From Octopus vulgaris (taxonomy: Eukaryota): a stretch of 64,000 nt of DNA. Shown one piece after another: positions 28,660-44,654 of the stretch. The notes under the pieces are model-generated. The model was not told where the DNA came from. It saw nothing but the letters and a program-made list of their open reading frames with translations, and searched no databases. The stretch's first letter is position 1. The number at the start of each line of letters is the position of its first letter. The translations under genes were made by a program, and so were the position numbers. The DNA lies in assembly GCA_951406725.2 (NCBI GenBank), contig OX597820.1, forward strand, positions 17,422,001-17,486,000. The letters run 5' to 3'.

Positions 28660-29038
28660 GAGGACAGGCTTCTTTCGGTTTCCGTCTACCAAATCCATTC
28701 ACAAAGCTTTGGTCGGCCTGAGGCAATAACAGCAGACACTCGCCCAAGGTGCCACGCAGTAGGAACTGAACCCGGAACCATATTCAGGGGAAACAAGCCT
28801 CTTACCACACAACAACATATGTGCCATTTTGTGTTACTCTTTTATTTGTTTCAGTCATTTGACTGTGGCCATGCTGGAGCACCACTTTTTAGTCGCGCAA
28901 ATAGACTCCAGGACTTATTCTTTGTAAGCCTAATACTTATTCTATCCGTCACCTTTGCCGAGCCGCAAAGTTACGGGGACGTAAACACACCAGCATCGGT
29001 TGTCAAGCGATGCTGGGGGGACAAACACAGACACACAA

Positions 29039-29118
<80 letters not shown>

Positions 29119-29241
29119 CACCGTGACCGCAATCACCGTGACCGATCAGGCTATCAGATGTTTCTACACATCGCTGGTCACAATGCGCTTCGCATTGTTT
29201 TAGCCTTCAAATGACGCCACCCAGTTGGCTAAGAGAGCAGG

Positions 29242-29299
<58 letters not shown>

Positions 29300-29455
29300 C
29301 ATATATACGACGGGCTTCTTTCAGTTTCCGTCTACCAAATCCACTTACAAAGCTTTGGTTGGCCTGAGGCTATAGTAGAAGACACTTGCCTGAGGTGCCA
29401 CGCAGTGGGACTGAACCCGGAACCACGTAGTTGGTAAGCAAGCTACTTACCACGT
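28660..29455 (-). mobile_element. SINE A copies with a nested SINE C 3' fragment (29118-29245) inside the central microsatellite
   Basis: Family A halves at 28830-29040 and 29305-29455 are separated by (CA)n(TA)n containing family C tail sequence. Confidence 0.8.
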
Positions 29456-30190
29456 GCTTGTACCATTTACGAACTATTGTAGCAATCCATTATTGATCTC
29501 ACTGTACGGCTTGTTGATATTGCTACGTAGTGTTTATTGTGTGGCGTTTGTTGTTACAGTTGTATATCTTCTTCTTGTGGTTGTTGTTATGTTTGTTATT
29601 ACAGAGTTTTTATTGATCGTGTTGTAGTTTTTGCCGTTACTCTTTTTGTTGTTCTTGTTTTGCGGGGGCGGATCGAGTGTCTGTGAAGATAAGGGTGAAC
29701 GGGCGAAAGTGTGTGCGAGAGTGGATGTGTGTCTGAGCCTGCCTGTCAATGTGCGAAGATGCTCTTGTTGATATGAGTGGGAGGATCGGTGCGGTTGAGT
29801 GAAGGCAGGGGTGAGGGTGAGTGAGTGATTGAGTTACTCCGTGATTGCGTCTCTATCTCTCTCTGTCTGTCTATCTGTGTGGGATTGGTGTATAATAGCG
29901 ATAGACGAGTTCTAACAGCGATTCAAAAGCTAAGGTTTAGCTAAGTACATTGGATCGAAGTTCTAGCATACATAAATACATACTACATAGACACACACAC
30001 ACACACTCATGAATACATACACACATACATACATACATACATACATACATACATACATACATACATACTACGTAGACACACTCATGAATACATACATACA
30101 TACATAAATATATACATACATACATACATACATACATACATACATACATACATACATACATACATACGTACGTACGAACATACATACATA

Positions 30191-30625
30191 CAGGAGTGGC
30201 TGTATGGTAAGAAGCTTGCTTCCCAACCACATGGTTCCGGGTTCAGTCCCGTTGCGTGGCACCTTGGGCAAGTGTCTTCTATTGCCTCAGGCGGACTAAA
30301 GCCTTGTGAGTGGATTTGGTAGACAGAAACTGAAAGAAGCCAGTCGTATATATGTATATGTATATATATATATTTATATAAACATATATATTTATATAAA
30401 TATATATATTTGTGTCTGTGTTTCTCCCTCCCCACCACCATCACCACCATCACTTGACAATCGATGTTGGTGTGTTTATTCCCTGCAACTTAGCGGTTCG
30501 TCAAAAGACACCGATAGAATAAGTACTAGATTTACAAAGAATAAGTCTTGGGGTCAATTTGTTCGACTATGAGGCGGTGCTCCAGCATAGACGCAATCAA
30601 ATGACTGAAACAAGTAAAAATAAGA
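30191..30625 (+). mobile_element. SINE family A
   Basis: CAGGAGTGGCTGTATGGTAAG...GGGTTCAGTCCC...ATGACTGAAACAAGT. Confidence 0.88.
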
Positions 30626-30648
30626 GAATATATATATATATATATATA

Positions 30649-30948
30649 TCACGTGATCACGTGACCGACCAGGCCATCAGATGTTGCTACACATCGCTGG
30701 TCACAATGCACTTCGCATTGTTTTAGCCTTCAAATGACGCCACCCCGCTGCCTAAGCGAGCAGGCCAACAGAAGAAAGCGTGAGAGAAAGTTGTGGCGAA
30801 AAAGTACAGCAGGGATCGCCACCACCCTCTGCCGGAGTTTTAGGTGTTTTCGCTCAATAAGCACTCTCAACGCTCGGTCTGTGAATCGAAACCGCGATCC
30901 TACGACCGCGAGTCGGCTGCCCTAACCACTGGGCCATTGCGCCTCCAC
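30649..30948 (-). mobile_element. SINE family C
   Basis: Homologous to 27970-28283; flanked by (TA)n. Confidence 0.88.
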
Positions 30949-31048
<100 letters not shown>

Positions 31049-31071
31049 TTATTATATAGAAGGATACATGT

Positions 31072-31154
31072 ACTAGAACTGTTTCATTCAAGAGAAATCT
31101 TCAGGAAATCTTCAGCGCTTCCTGAAGATTTCTCTTGAATGAAACAGTTCTAGT
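31072..31154. repeat. Inverted repeat with 36-bp perfect arms and 11-nt spacer
   Basis: ACTAGAACTGTTTCATTCAAGAGAAATCTTCAGGAA ... TTCCTGAAGATTTCTCTTGAATGAAACAGTTCTAGT. Confidence 0.92.
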
Positions 31155-31243
31155 CCTGTATAACTCCTTCTATATATAAATGTATACTCTGCTATGTATT
31201 AGTACCTTATTTACTGTGGTTAACCCCGAATCAACCCGGGACC

Positions 31244-31350
<107 letters not shown>

Positions 31351-31383
31351 CCACATACAATATTGTAATCATACAGGATTACG

Positions 31384-31423
31384 ACTGTCCGACGAACAGT
31401 AATGTGAAACTCTGAATGACAGT
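31384..31423 (+). ncRNA. Decayed type I hammerhead motif
   Basis: ACUGU-CCGACGA-ACA-GUAA-UGU-GAAA-CUCUGA-AUG-ACAGU. Stems I and II are intact, but U4C and the non-cleavable AUG triplet suggest it is inactive. Confidence 0.55.
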
Positions 31424-31527
31424 TTGGGAAGTTCATTTGCAGTTTTAATAAAAGCATATTACTCTATCTTTGGTCTTCGAGTACTATTTTTCCCGATAAT
31501 ATATATATATATATATACATAAATAAA

Positions 31528-31684
31528 ATTTAAAACGGCTAGATTCATTTTCAGTGCTGTTTCAATTTTCGTAGGCCCCCTAAAGGAGCCCGTTTTTTCA
31601 GGCTCTGAGCCTGAAGGAGACGAACTCCATTAGGGGTCTGTGAAACGTGAATTAGTACGGAAATCGAATCAAACTGTTTTAAAT
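31528..31684 (+). other. Long imperfect G-U-rich hairpin (about 156 nt)
   Basis: Apex TTCAGGCT-CTG-AGCCTGAA; pairing extends outward to TTTAAAACGG/CTGTTTTAAA. Confidence 0.7.
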
Positions 31685-31742
31685 AATACATGTAGCTCTT
31701 ACATATTGTGTTGAGCGCCCTTTTCTCTCGTTTGACCACTCA

Positions 31743-31793
<51 letters not shown>

Positions 31794-32208
31794 TTATTTG
31801 TATATAGCCAACGACCAAGTAAGTCGGTTATGGTGTTATCAGAACCATATTTACCAATGATTACAGATTGCTTTGATCTTATCATTACTCAGCTGTTCTC
31901 AGGTGTTTCTTGGTAACACTCGTACTCCTCTAAGTTATATCGATCTGACTTAAGATTTAGAATCTATCGGAAAATATATTTAGAACGACTAACATTCGCT
32001 TTTGGGCTTATAAACGAGTATAGGTCATACACATTCTAGGTGAAGCAACGGCAACGCAAATAATTCAAGACATGTTGCCGGACATCCTGCAGAGGAAAGA
32101 CCAGTTGAAAGCGCCGCGTCGCGATCATCGTCCGGTACGTTCCCGGAAATAACAAATGAAATTTTATATATATATATATATGTATGTATGTATGTATGTA
32201 TATATATA

Positions 32209-32317
<109 letters not shown>

Positions 32318-32321
32318 GGTA

Positions 32322-32727
32322 AAGACCCCCTTCGGTCATGAATGACCATGGGATTGCACCTAGAAAGTTACCCTCCTAGACACAAGTCCGGGCAAGGTTG
32401 TTTATGGAAGGCCAGCAGTCGCCCATGCATACCAGCCTCCCCTCTCCACGCCACCAGTGTTATCCAAGGGAAAGACAAACGTCGATACAGCTTGGCACCA
32501 GTGACGTCGCAACTCATTTCTACAGCTGAGTGAACTGGAGCAACGTGAAATAAAGTGCCTTGCTCGAGAACACAACACGCAGCCCGGTCCGGGATTCGAG
32601 CTCACAATCTCACGATCGTAAGCTCGAGGCTCTAACCACTGAGCCATGCGCCTTCACTAACCACTGAGCCATGCGCCTTCACTAACCACTGAGCCATGCG
32701 CCTTCACTAACCACTGAGCCATGCGCC

Positions 32728-32728
<1 letters not shown>
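32322..32728 (-). mobile_element. SINE family D with a quadruplicated 25-bp 5' end
   Basis: Homologous to 9345-9680. CTAACCACTGAGCCATGCGCCTTCA occurs four times at 32632-32728 (last copy partial). Confidence 0.9.
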
Positions 32729-32779
<51 letters not shown>

Positions 32780-33195
32780 AAGGCGGCGAGCTGGCAGAAA
32801 CGTTAGCACGCCGGGCAAAATGCTTAGCAGTTTTTCGTCTGTCGCTACGTTCTAAGTTCAAATTCCGCCGAGGTCAACTTTGCCTTTCATCCTGTCGGGG
32901 TCGATAAATTAAGTACCAGTTACGCTCTGGGGTCTATATAATCGACTTAATCCGTTTGTCTGTCCTTGTTTGTCCTCTCTGTGTTTAGCCCCTTGTGGGT
33001 AATAAAGAAATAGGTATTTCGTCTGTCCTTACGTTCTTAGTTCAAATTCCGCCGAGGTCGACTTTGCCTTTCATCCTTTCGGGGTCGATAAATAAGTACC
33101 AGTTACGCACTGGGGTTGATGTAATCGACTTAATCCGTTCGTCTGTCTTTGTTTGTCCCCTCTATGTTTATCCCCTTGTGGGTAATAATGAAATA
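32780..33195 (+). mobile_element. SINE family B dimer
   Basis: AAGGCGGCGAGCTGGCAGAAACGTTAGC head plus two body units. Confidence 0.9.
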
Positions 33196-33231
33196 TATAT
33201 ATATATATACATATGTGTATGTGTGTGTATG

Positions 33232-33287
<56 letters not shown>

Positions 33288-34067
33288 ATAGAAAGGATGT
33301 GTAAAATTCACACGATCACCTCGGCAGCACTTTATGGTTAACATAGTGTCCTAATTGCTGTGTAAAGTTATATCGTTTAATTAATGAAAAGTTTATTGGT
33401 TGTACTTCGGACAATTATTAAAGGAGCAATTCGCTAATGCAGGGAACGTATATCAAATTGGAATGATGCAATTCTCAGAACGTGCATTAAAATAATTAAT
33501 TGAGGACAGATTAATGCGTTGGTGAATCTCAAGGAAAATAGTTATTGTCTTGCTCAGAGAGACTACAGGCTAACGCCGTTAGTAGGAGAGAGTGGGATGT
33601 GTGAACTTTTAGAATTGAAAAGAAAAAAAATTCTGAGGAAAAAATCCCTGGAATTTTAAACGAAGATTTCCACACAGTTCATGTAATCTAAGAAGAGTCT
33701 CCTCGCAGTTAATATAATCTATTATCCTCGCCATTTTACACTGCCTCACTTTACCATTTTTTCCATTTTTGCATCATTTTTCAACTTCGTCATTTTTCAT
33801 TTTTTGCTTTTCGTTTCTCTATCGCTAATTGCTAATTTCTCAATTGTCACTTTCTTCCACCCTTTCATTCCTGCTGTAATTCCTCCTATCACGTCCACAA
33901 GTGCCTCAACTCCTACCCATAGTAACTTCTCTCAATTTGTTTTAGCTTAGCGTCCCCTGTTCCTTTCCTACACTACACTTTGCTCCCAAATTTCATCTTT
34001 CTAACCTCTCCTATTAACGGCGTTACGCGATTGTCTCTCTATACTGGACATGAGGACAAGACTGTCC

Positions 34068-34494
<427 letters not shown>

Positions 34495-34827
34495 CATAGT
34501 GGTTTCAGAGGAAGCGGTTTAGTCGGTTCTATCGACGCCAATGCTCAGATGCTACTTATATTAATGGCTTCAATGGCAAAGTCGATTTAGGCGGAATTTG
34601 AACTCAGAACGAAAGAGACGGACGAAATGCCGCCACACATTCACCCGACGTGCTAACGATTCTACCAGCGCACTGCCTTCGACATAGTATGTATATATTA
34701 TACACAGATATATAATACGTCTAATTTGTCTATGTATCTGTGTGTATGTATGAAATGTATATTATAAATATATTTATACAGGATATACATTAAAGTGTGG
34801 TTCAATTTACCTATATTCACCTACATT

Positions 34828-34899
<72 letters not shown>

Positions 34900-34938
34900 A
34901 TATACATTAAAGTATTATGTGTGTGTGTGTATTTATTA

Positions 34939-34982
<44 letters not shown>

Positions 34983-35307
34983 CATATGTTTATATACATA
35001 TATGTATATAAACATATATGTACGTATATATATACATATATGTACATATATACAAACATATATCCATATATACACACATATACATACATATATATATACA
35101 TATATATTTATATACATATATATATAAACATATATATATACATATACATATATATATATATACATATATGTACATATATACATACATATACATACATACA
35201 TATATATACGTATACATATATATACATATACATATATACATATATAAATAGATATTGCACGTATATATATACATACATATATATCCATATCTATAGAAAT
35301 TATTTAC

Positions 35308-35351
<44 letters not shown>

Positions 35352-35876
35352 AGCACGCACACCCACACATATATGCAATTATATAGAAATGTTTGTTTGC
35401 ATGTATTCATACATGTATGTGTGTATGTGTGCACGTATGTATGCAGCCAATGCAAATTCTGGTTGGCTGATTTCTCAAGTCACGCTTTACACATTACAAA
35501 AGGAGGCAGTGAGAGGATAAGAAAGAGATGCGGAGAGTTAGGATAAGACCTGCGCGTAGTAAGCTTCGTGGCAGGAGGAGAGCGTGTAAGTAACAGGGTA
35601 TGTTAATGAGAAAAGTTAAACAAATGAGAAATTTGCTTGTTTTTTTTTATTTTTATTTTATTCTAAGACAAGAAATAATTATCTTTGTATTCATGGCAGT
35701 AAATTGAAATTTGATAAAAAGCTAAGTTATCATTCTATACTTCTTGATATCACTTATGACGGTAAAGGTATACTTCCAAAGTTACCTGTCTTCTGAAAGT
35801 GTGTATACAAATAAACAGACGCACATCCCTTACAAATAGACATTTAATTGTAACACGCACTTGTCTATATATGTGG

Positions 35877-35949
<73 letters not shown>

Positions 35950-36021
35950 TGTATATATGTATATGTATATATATATGTATATATATATGTATATATATAT
36001 GTATATATATGTATATATATA

Positions 36022-36995
<974 letters not shown>

Positions 36996-37043
36996 GAACA
37001 AAAAAATATATATATTCACATACACACATACCAAATACCTATA

Positions 37044-37123
<80 letters not shown>

Positions 37124-37759
37124 GAACTGTCGCTCTTCCGAAATAACAATGATTTCATATTGAGGCACGAAGTCAGCTGCCTCGAGGGCAGCTGGGTAGT
37201 TAAAACCACGAACCACAGTACTTCATCGACCCCGGATCAAATAGCAATAGGTAGGGGCTCCGACGCTCTTAGAATTCTGCCATCTCGCCGCCCTTATGAA
37301 AGTATTGTTAATCCAGCAATTGATGAGAGGATAAGGTTCGGTCCATATTCTGAATTCCAGTACTTGACAACTCCTTTATTTTATCGACCCTGGAGGGATG
37401 AAGGGCAAAGCTAACCTCGGTATATGTGAAAACTGGTAATGATGATGATGATGATGATGATGATGAGACAAGCCCAGCAAGTACTGGGGTGGGGGTAAGT
37501 CGATTACGTCGACCCCAGTACTTAACTGGTACTTATTTTATCGACCCGAAAAAGGGTAAAAGGGAGAGTCGGCTTCGATGGCATTTGAACTTAGAACACG
37601 AAGATGGATGAAATGCCGGTAAGCATTTTGTCCGGCTTGCTAACGATTCTGGTAACTCACCGCGGTATTAGTAGTAGTAGTAGTAGAAGTAAGAAGAAGA
37701 AGAAGGAATGTGAACAAAGGATGATAATTAAAAAAATTACAATACTAATAACAGTAATG

Positions 37760-37814
<55 letters not shown>

Positions 37815-38169
37815 TAATAATAATAATAACAACAACAATAATAATAATAATTACACACCTTGGGGAGAAACTTTCCAAGTGCAGTTCCATAAATTTCATT
37901 CGACATACAAAGGCCTCGGTTAGATACACACACACACACACACACATACACACACAGAAGCCTTCACATACGCACACACTTATATGAACTGTAGATACCT
38001 ATATGTGTGTGTGTGCGTGCGTGCGTGTAAACATATACGTACGTATAATGATATATATGTATATATATATATATACACATCTACACACACACACACAAAC
38101 ACACACACATATATATATTTATATATATGAATATGCATATACATGCGTATATACAACTAGGTATCTACA

Positions 38170-38670
38170 AGCATACATACATACACACATACATACATAC
38201 ATGCATACATACATACGTACATACATACATACATGCATACATACATACATACATAGATGCATGCATACATACAAACATACATACATACATACATACATAG
38301 ATGCATGCATACATACATACATACATACATACATACATACATAGATGCATGCATACATACATACATACATACATACATACATACATAGATGCATGCATAC
38401 ATACATACATACATACATACATACATACATACATACATAGATGCATACATACATACATACATACATACATACATACATACATACATACATACATACATAC
38501 ATACATACACACATACATACATACATACATATATACATACATACATACATACATACATACATACATACATACATACATACATACATACATACATACATAC
38601 ATGCATACGTACATACATACATACATACATATATACATACATACATAGATGCATACATACATACATACAC
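38170..38670. repeat. (TACA)n microsatellite with periodic TAGATGCA interruptions
   Basis: Direct reading. Confidence 0.95.
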
Positions 38671-38787
38671 GCACAAAATGTATTTGTATTGCTGCATTTT
38701 AGGGAACGAGAGAAATGCGAACGAAATATGAATGAAAGAGTCAAATGATAATTATGAGTGTGCATACAAGCTTGTCTTTTGCACAAG

Positions 38788-38826
<39 letters not shown>

Positions 38827-38915
38827 ACACACATGTTGATGTATGTATGCATGCATGTATGCATTTATGTATGTACGTACGTTTCTGTCTGTTCATTTGT
38901 GATAATATACATACA

Positions 38916-39068
38916 GTGGCTGTGTGGTAAGTAGCTTGCTAACCAACCACATGGTTCTGGGTTCAGTCCCACTGCGTGGCATCTTGGGAAAGTGTCTTCT
39001 GCTATAGCCCCGGGCCGACCAATGCCTTGTGAGTGGATTTGGTAGACGGAAACTGAAAGAAGCCTGTC

Positions 39069-39153
<85 letters not shown>

Positions 39154-39347
39154 TGTGTTTGTCCCCCTAGCATTGCTTGACAACCGATGCTGGTGTATTT
39201 ACGTCCCCGTCACTTAGAGGTTCGGCAAAAGAGAACGTTAGAATAAGTACTGGGCTTACAAAGAATAAGTCCCGGGGTCGATTTGCTCGACTAAAGGCGG
39301 TGCTTCAGCATGGCCGCAGTCAAATGACTGAAACAAGTAAAAGAGTA
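38916..39347 (+). mobile_element. SINE family A
   Basis: GTGGCTGTGTGGTAAG...GGGTTCAGTCCC...GACTGAAACAAGTAAAAGAGT. Confidence 0.9.
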
Positions 39348-40579
39348 TATATAAAACTATATAAAAAAAATAATGAAGATGGAAAGGTAAAAATGCATAG
39401 GATACTTTATGTAGCTGGTGTATATTTCTACGTAATGTTATGAAACAGCGTGCGTATAATTAATACGGTAAAACAATGATGCAACAGTCTGAACATTAAA
39501 AAAAAAAGTGGGGGGAAAATCATATCAACTTTTTCGAAAATACTCCTACACAAAATCGCACGTGTTTTTATTCAGTGATGTTCCATCACATCTACTCACA
39601 GACACACGTACGTGTTCCTTAATTTCGATGTTTGTACACGAGCATCAACTCATATAGACTGTAGAAGACACATACATACATACATACATACATACAGAGA
39701 CACATACGCGCACCTGTTTTTGCGCACACGTTCATACTGGCAAGAAGCATACGCCGACACAAATGATGATATATACACACCCATGTATGTACACGCAGCT
39801 ACGCACGCACGCACACACGCACGCACGCATGCGCCGATACTGAGACGGAGAAAAAAAAGTGGGAGGGAAGTACGATGCAAAAGGAGGGGACTGAATGAAA
39901 AGATCGTGGGCACGAGAAATATAAAACACAACAGAAGCGGCAACGGCTGCAACAACAGCAGCAGCACTAACAGCAGGAGCAACAGCTAACAGCAACATCA
40001 ACAACTGCAGCAGCAGCAGCAGCAGTTAAAACCAAACTATATCAACATCGGCTTTTGCCTTCATATATCGTTGTCCTTTACTCTCGAGTAGAGTAAAACT
40101 AAAGCTTCAACTAACAAACAAAATCAAGAAACGAACCAACCTAGGAACACCTTATAACCAAAAGCAACACTTATCGTCACAAAAATACCAGAGCTTTGTT
40201 TTTTCCACCTCTTCGTTTGTTGTTTAAATATCTTTTTATTAGATTCAAAAGGTATGTAAACCGAACTTTTTGTGCACTTACATAACTTTCCTACCACTGC
40301 TTTCGAAGTTTCTTATGTCATTTCCCTCTCTCTGTCTCTCTCTCTCTTTCTCTCTCTGTCTCTCCATATACATATATATATATATACATATGTGTCTATA
40401 TATGTATATCTCATTACATATATATAATTACATACATATATATATATATATTACATTTACATATATATTTATATATCTGTATGTACATATATTGATTTTG
40501 ATTTGATTTTGATTTTTCCAGTTTCAGCTAATGAGCTGTGGCCATGCTGGGGCATGCTGGGGCATATACATAATTTTTT

Positions 40580-40621
40580 ATGCATATAGATATACATACA
40601 TATATATACATATATATACAT

Positions 40622-40668
<47 letters not shown>

Positions 40669-41025
40669 CACACATATATATATATATGCATATACATGCA
40701 TATACATATATATGTATATATATGCATATATATATATGCATATACATACATATACTTATATATACACATACATATGTATACACACATATATATATATACA
40801 TATAAATGTATACATATATATATATACAAATATATGCATATAAATATATACATATATATACATATATATATATAAATATACATATATATATATATGTACA
40901 CATATATATATATATAAATATATGCATATATATATATATAAATACGTGCATATATACATATATATATATACATATACATATATATACATATATATATACA
41001 TACGTATATATATATACATATATAC

Positions 41026-41062
<37 letters not shown>

Positions 41063-41192
41063 CATATATACATATATATATAAATATATACATATATACA
41101 TATATATATAAATATATACATATATATATATATATATATACATATATATATACATACATATACACACACATATATATATTTACATATGATAC

Positions 41193-41223
<31 letters not shown>

Positions 41224-41296
41224 TATATATATATATATATACATATATACATATATATATACATATACATATATATACATATATATATATACATAT

Positions 41297-41338
<42 letters not shown>

Positions 41339-41383
41339 TATATACATATATATACATACATATATACATACATATATATATAT

Positions 41384-41414
<31 letters not shown>

Positions 41415-41479
41415 TACAATATACTACATATATATATATATTTACATATGATACATATATATATATACATATATATATG

Positions 41480-41516
<37 letters not shown>

Positions 41517-41550
41517 CACATATATCGTTACATATATGCATATATGTATA
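40580..41550. repeat. Degenerate (TA)n/(TACA)n tract
   Basis: About 1 kb of low-complexity sequence. Confidence 0.95.
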
Positions 41551-42714
41551 CATTGATTTGTATATTTCGTCATTAATTTGACTGTATTCATTATTAATTG
41601 TTATCATAAATGAACTTTGTTACTATTTTCCTATTTCCGTCTCTCTGTTCAGCCTGGTTTTGACAAACTTATTTCCACTCATTTGTTTTGAGATTATCGA
41701 CAACATATCTTCATATGCGTTTAAAAAATAAGTAATTAAAATAGTTAATACCAAGACGGTTGGTTCCATCTGATTGTTGACTTTGATTTACAGACCTCCA
41801 GAAATGAATTAAATGCATCCCGATCTTGCAAGGTGCTAGTTTTATTGCCTGAACCTTCCTTTATGAATGCTGGGCGTCGCACTAAAATAAGTCGATCCCA
41901 AATTAACTGGGGATATGTTATTAGATAATCCCCAAGGGAATTGAGCATCTGTGCCCCCTTGCCGAGTCTTCGTGGACTCCAATGTACTAGAATAACTTGA
42001 GGGTGAGGGCCGGTCCGTCTCAGGCAGTGTTTTTGTGGAGGCGGTACTTTTGAATCATTATAAATTTGTAAAGGCTTGGAGGATCGTATGGGGCGGCAGA
42101 CTGAAGGGTTAATTCAGGTGGAACACTCACAAGCAATGCCACTGCCCTACTGCTAAGGCATCTTTCATATCCCAGTCCATGCAACTCCTTGTAGGTACCG
42201 CAATGTTTTATAATTCCCCGTTGTTATCAGTGACCTTGTAGTAGAATTGGATATTTACTCGACTTGTAGTTCCGAGTTCAACTCTTCCCCGAGTAAAACA
42301 TCATGTGATAGATCAGTGACCCTTCAAAGAAGCAATTAGGATTCGTTAACGTTACGCAAACCCTAAAGCAACGGAAATGCAAAATTCCAGAAATTATCTG
42401 AAATGGCGAAATTCAGACAAAATACAAATACCTCGCAGTATTTGTTCCGTATTTTGCATCCCGAGTTCTAGTCCTGCTGAGGTCAGCATTATCTCTCATG
42501 CATTCGGGAGCCAATAAAATAAAGCATAAATCGATTGCTGCTATCAATGTAATCGATTGGCACCTTCCGACTATTTCCGGTCTTGTGGAAACTTGTGTCA
42601 TCATGGCAGTTAATTCTTAGATACCAACTTTCCTCGTGTATAATAGTAGTGGTTTATAAGTCGCATCCCAGTTTTTTCAGTGAAAATCAATAATAAACTA
42701 GAGTTACTTATATA

Positions 42715-42893
42715 TGAGTTAGCCGCTACACATTCTATATTTTCTCTCCTTGTTTCTTTCTGTGTTCCTTTCTGTAGAAGAGCGTAGGCTCGAAACGTTA
42801 AAGACTTTTACACTTCCCGAGCGTTAAACTAATACATTTGTTTGTTGTCTACACTATCTGTCTTCGTCTTTTGTTTTTTTTTTTGTGAATTCT

Positions 42894-42900
<7 letters not shown>
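42715..42900 (+). mobile_element. Short repeat with a decayed minimal hammerhead motif (42768-42803)
   Basis: CTTT-CTGTAGA-A-GAGC-gtag-GCTC-GAAAC-GTT-AAAG; ends at (TA)n. Confidence 0.55.
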
Positions 42901-42942
<42 letters not shown>

Positions 42943-43919
42943 ATTTTCTCGTGCGTAAGTCGCACCCTTAATTTATTGTCAAAATTTGCTGCCTCTTCAT
43001 AATTTTAGCTTTTTCCCCTGTATAAGCAGCTAAAATCCCTTGTGTCGTAGCCTTGTTCCTTCAGTAATCAATAATTTACCTGTGGTTAAAGAACAAGAAA
43101 TGATGATATGAATTCGCAAAAAGTCTAAGCTGTTGGATTTAAGACTTGGCACACAATAGGGTGACTGCTGACTAGATGCTTAATATAATATAGAAGTCAC
43201 AGATGATTGCGTTTAGTGGTGCCCAGTTTAAAAGTTTTTTTTTTTACAGAACCTGACATCAATGTGGTTGAAACTACATTATTCGAATTTTGGAGGTGTA
43301 CTGAACACAGATATCAGAAGGGTGCAAGCCACTGTCACCTCCATCACTGGATGCGCTGCCTTCCATAAGATAATTTTTGTGAAAAAAATAAAAGCTATTA
43401 AGATTTACATAATGTGACATAATCTATAGAGGGAAAATCATAAATAAATGATTTTAAAAATCAATAAATGGACGTATGATAGACTATAATACACATTAAA
43501 AAACTTTTTTAACATATCACTGGTGACTCTTGCGGTCCAGAATGAATATAATATTCATTCGTCCGCAGGAGGCACCACCGACACCCATACAATAAATCAA
43601 TATAGCAGTTTATATAGCGAACGATAACACACACACACACACACATATGTATGTGGTTAAAAAAATTAAACCGCTGCTGCAAAAGCAAATATGGCGCAAA
43701 GATGGGCTTCGTAAGCAATGTGTTATATATTTTGTAGTATTTAGTTTAGCTTCTCTGCATTTTAGGTTGAAATAGACGTGTAGACCTGGTCAGTCATTAT
43801 TTCGGGTTCATTGTAAAGAGTACCAGTAATATCGTACTGAACTATGCCTCTTTCCTGTAAGCATATACATTCTATCTACTAAAAATATATTGTTCCCGGC
43901 TGAAGATTCTGAAATAATA

Positions 43920-44217
43920 TTTGTTTGTTCCTTCTCAAGCCGTGCCTGGCACATAAGGGCCGGTTTCCCGGTTTCATTGGCGTATAGGTTCCCCACCTGA
44001 ACGGGATACCGGTCCGTCATAGGTGAGCTGCAAGATGAAAGAGTGAGAGAAATTTGTGGCGAAAGAGTCATCAGAAGTTCGCCATTACCTTCTTCCTGAG
44101 CCGCGTGGAGCTTAGGTGTTTCGCTCATAAACACGCACATCGCCCGGTCTGAGATTCGAACCCGCGTTCCCTCGACGGCGAATCTGTTGCTCTAACCACT
44201 AGGCCATGTGCCTCCAC
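43920..44217 (-). mobile_element. SINE family C variant with a different tail
   Basis: Minus head GTGGAGGCACATGGCCTAGTGGTTAGAGC...GGGTTCGAATCTC. A plus-strand homolog lies at 47476-47775. Confidence 0.85.
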
Positions 44218-44654
44218 ACATGAAACAATATAACGTAAAAATAATTTATGTACAAAAAGTCAGCTTTTCACCAATCAAAATACGTCACACTTAAATCAAT
44301 GAAGCTGCGAGCCAGTAGTTTTCTTAGCACGTTGCACAAAATACTTAGCGGTATTTCTTCTGGTTCTGTAGGTTCTAAGTTCGAACCCCGCCGAACTTTA
44401 CTTTTGATCTTTTCGCGATTGATAAAATAAAGCATCAGTAAAATAAATAAAATATCGCTAGTGCGTCGAACAAAGTAATCACCAGCATTTCTTCTGGCTC
44501 TTTACGTTAGAATATCTTGCGTTATTTCTTCCGACTCTTTACATTGTGCGTTCGAATCCCACCTAGGTCAACTTTACTTTGCATTCTTTCGAGGTCGATA
44601 ACATATAGTAGCAGCAAAGTACTGGGGGTTGATTTAACCGACTTTCGTCCTTAG

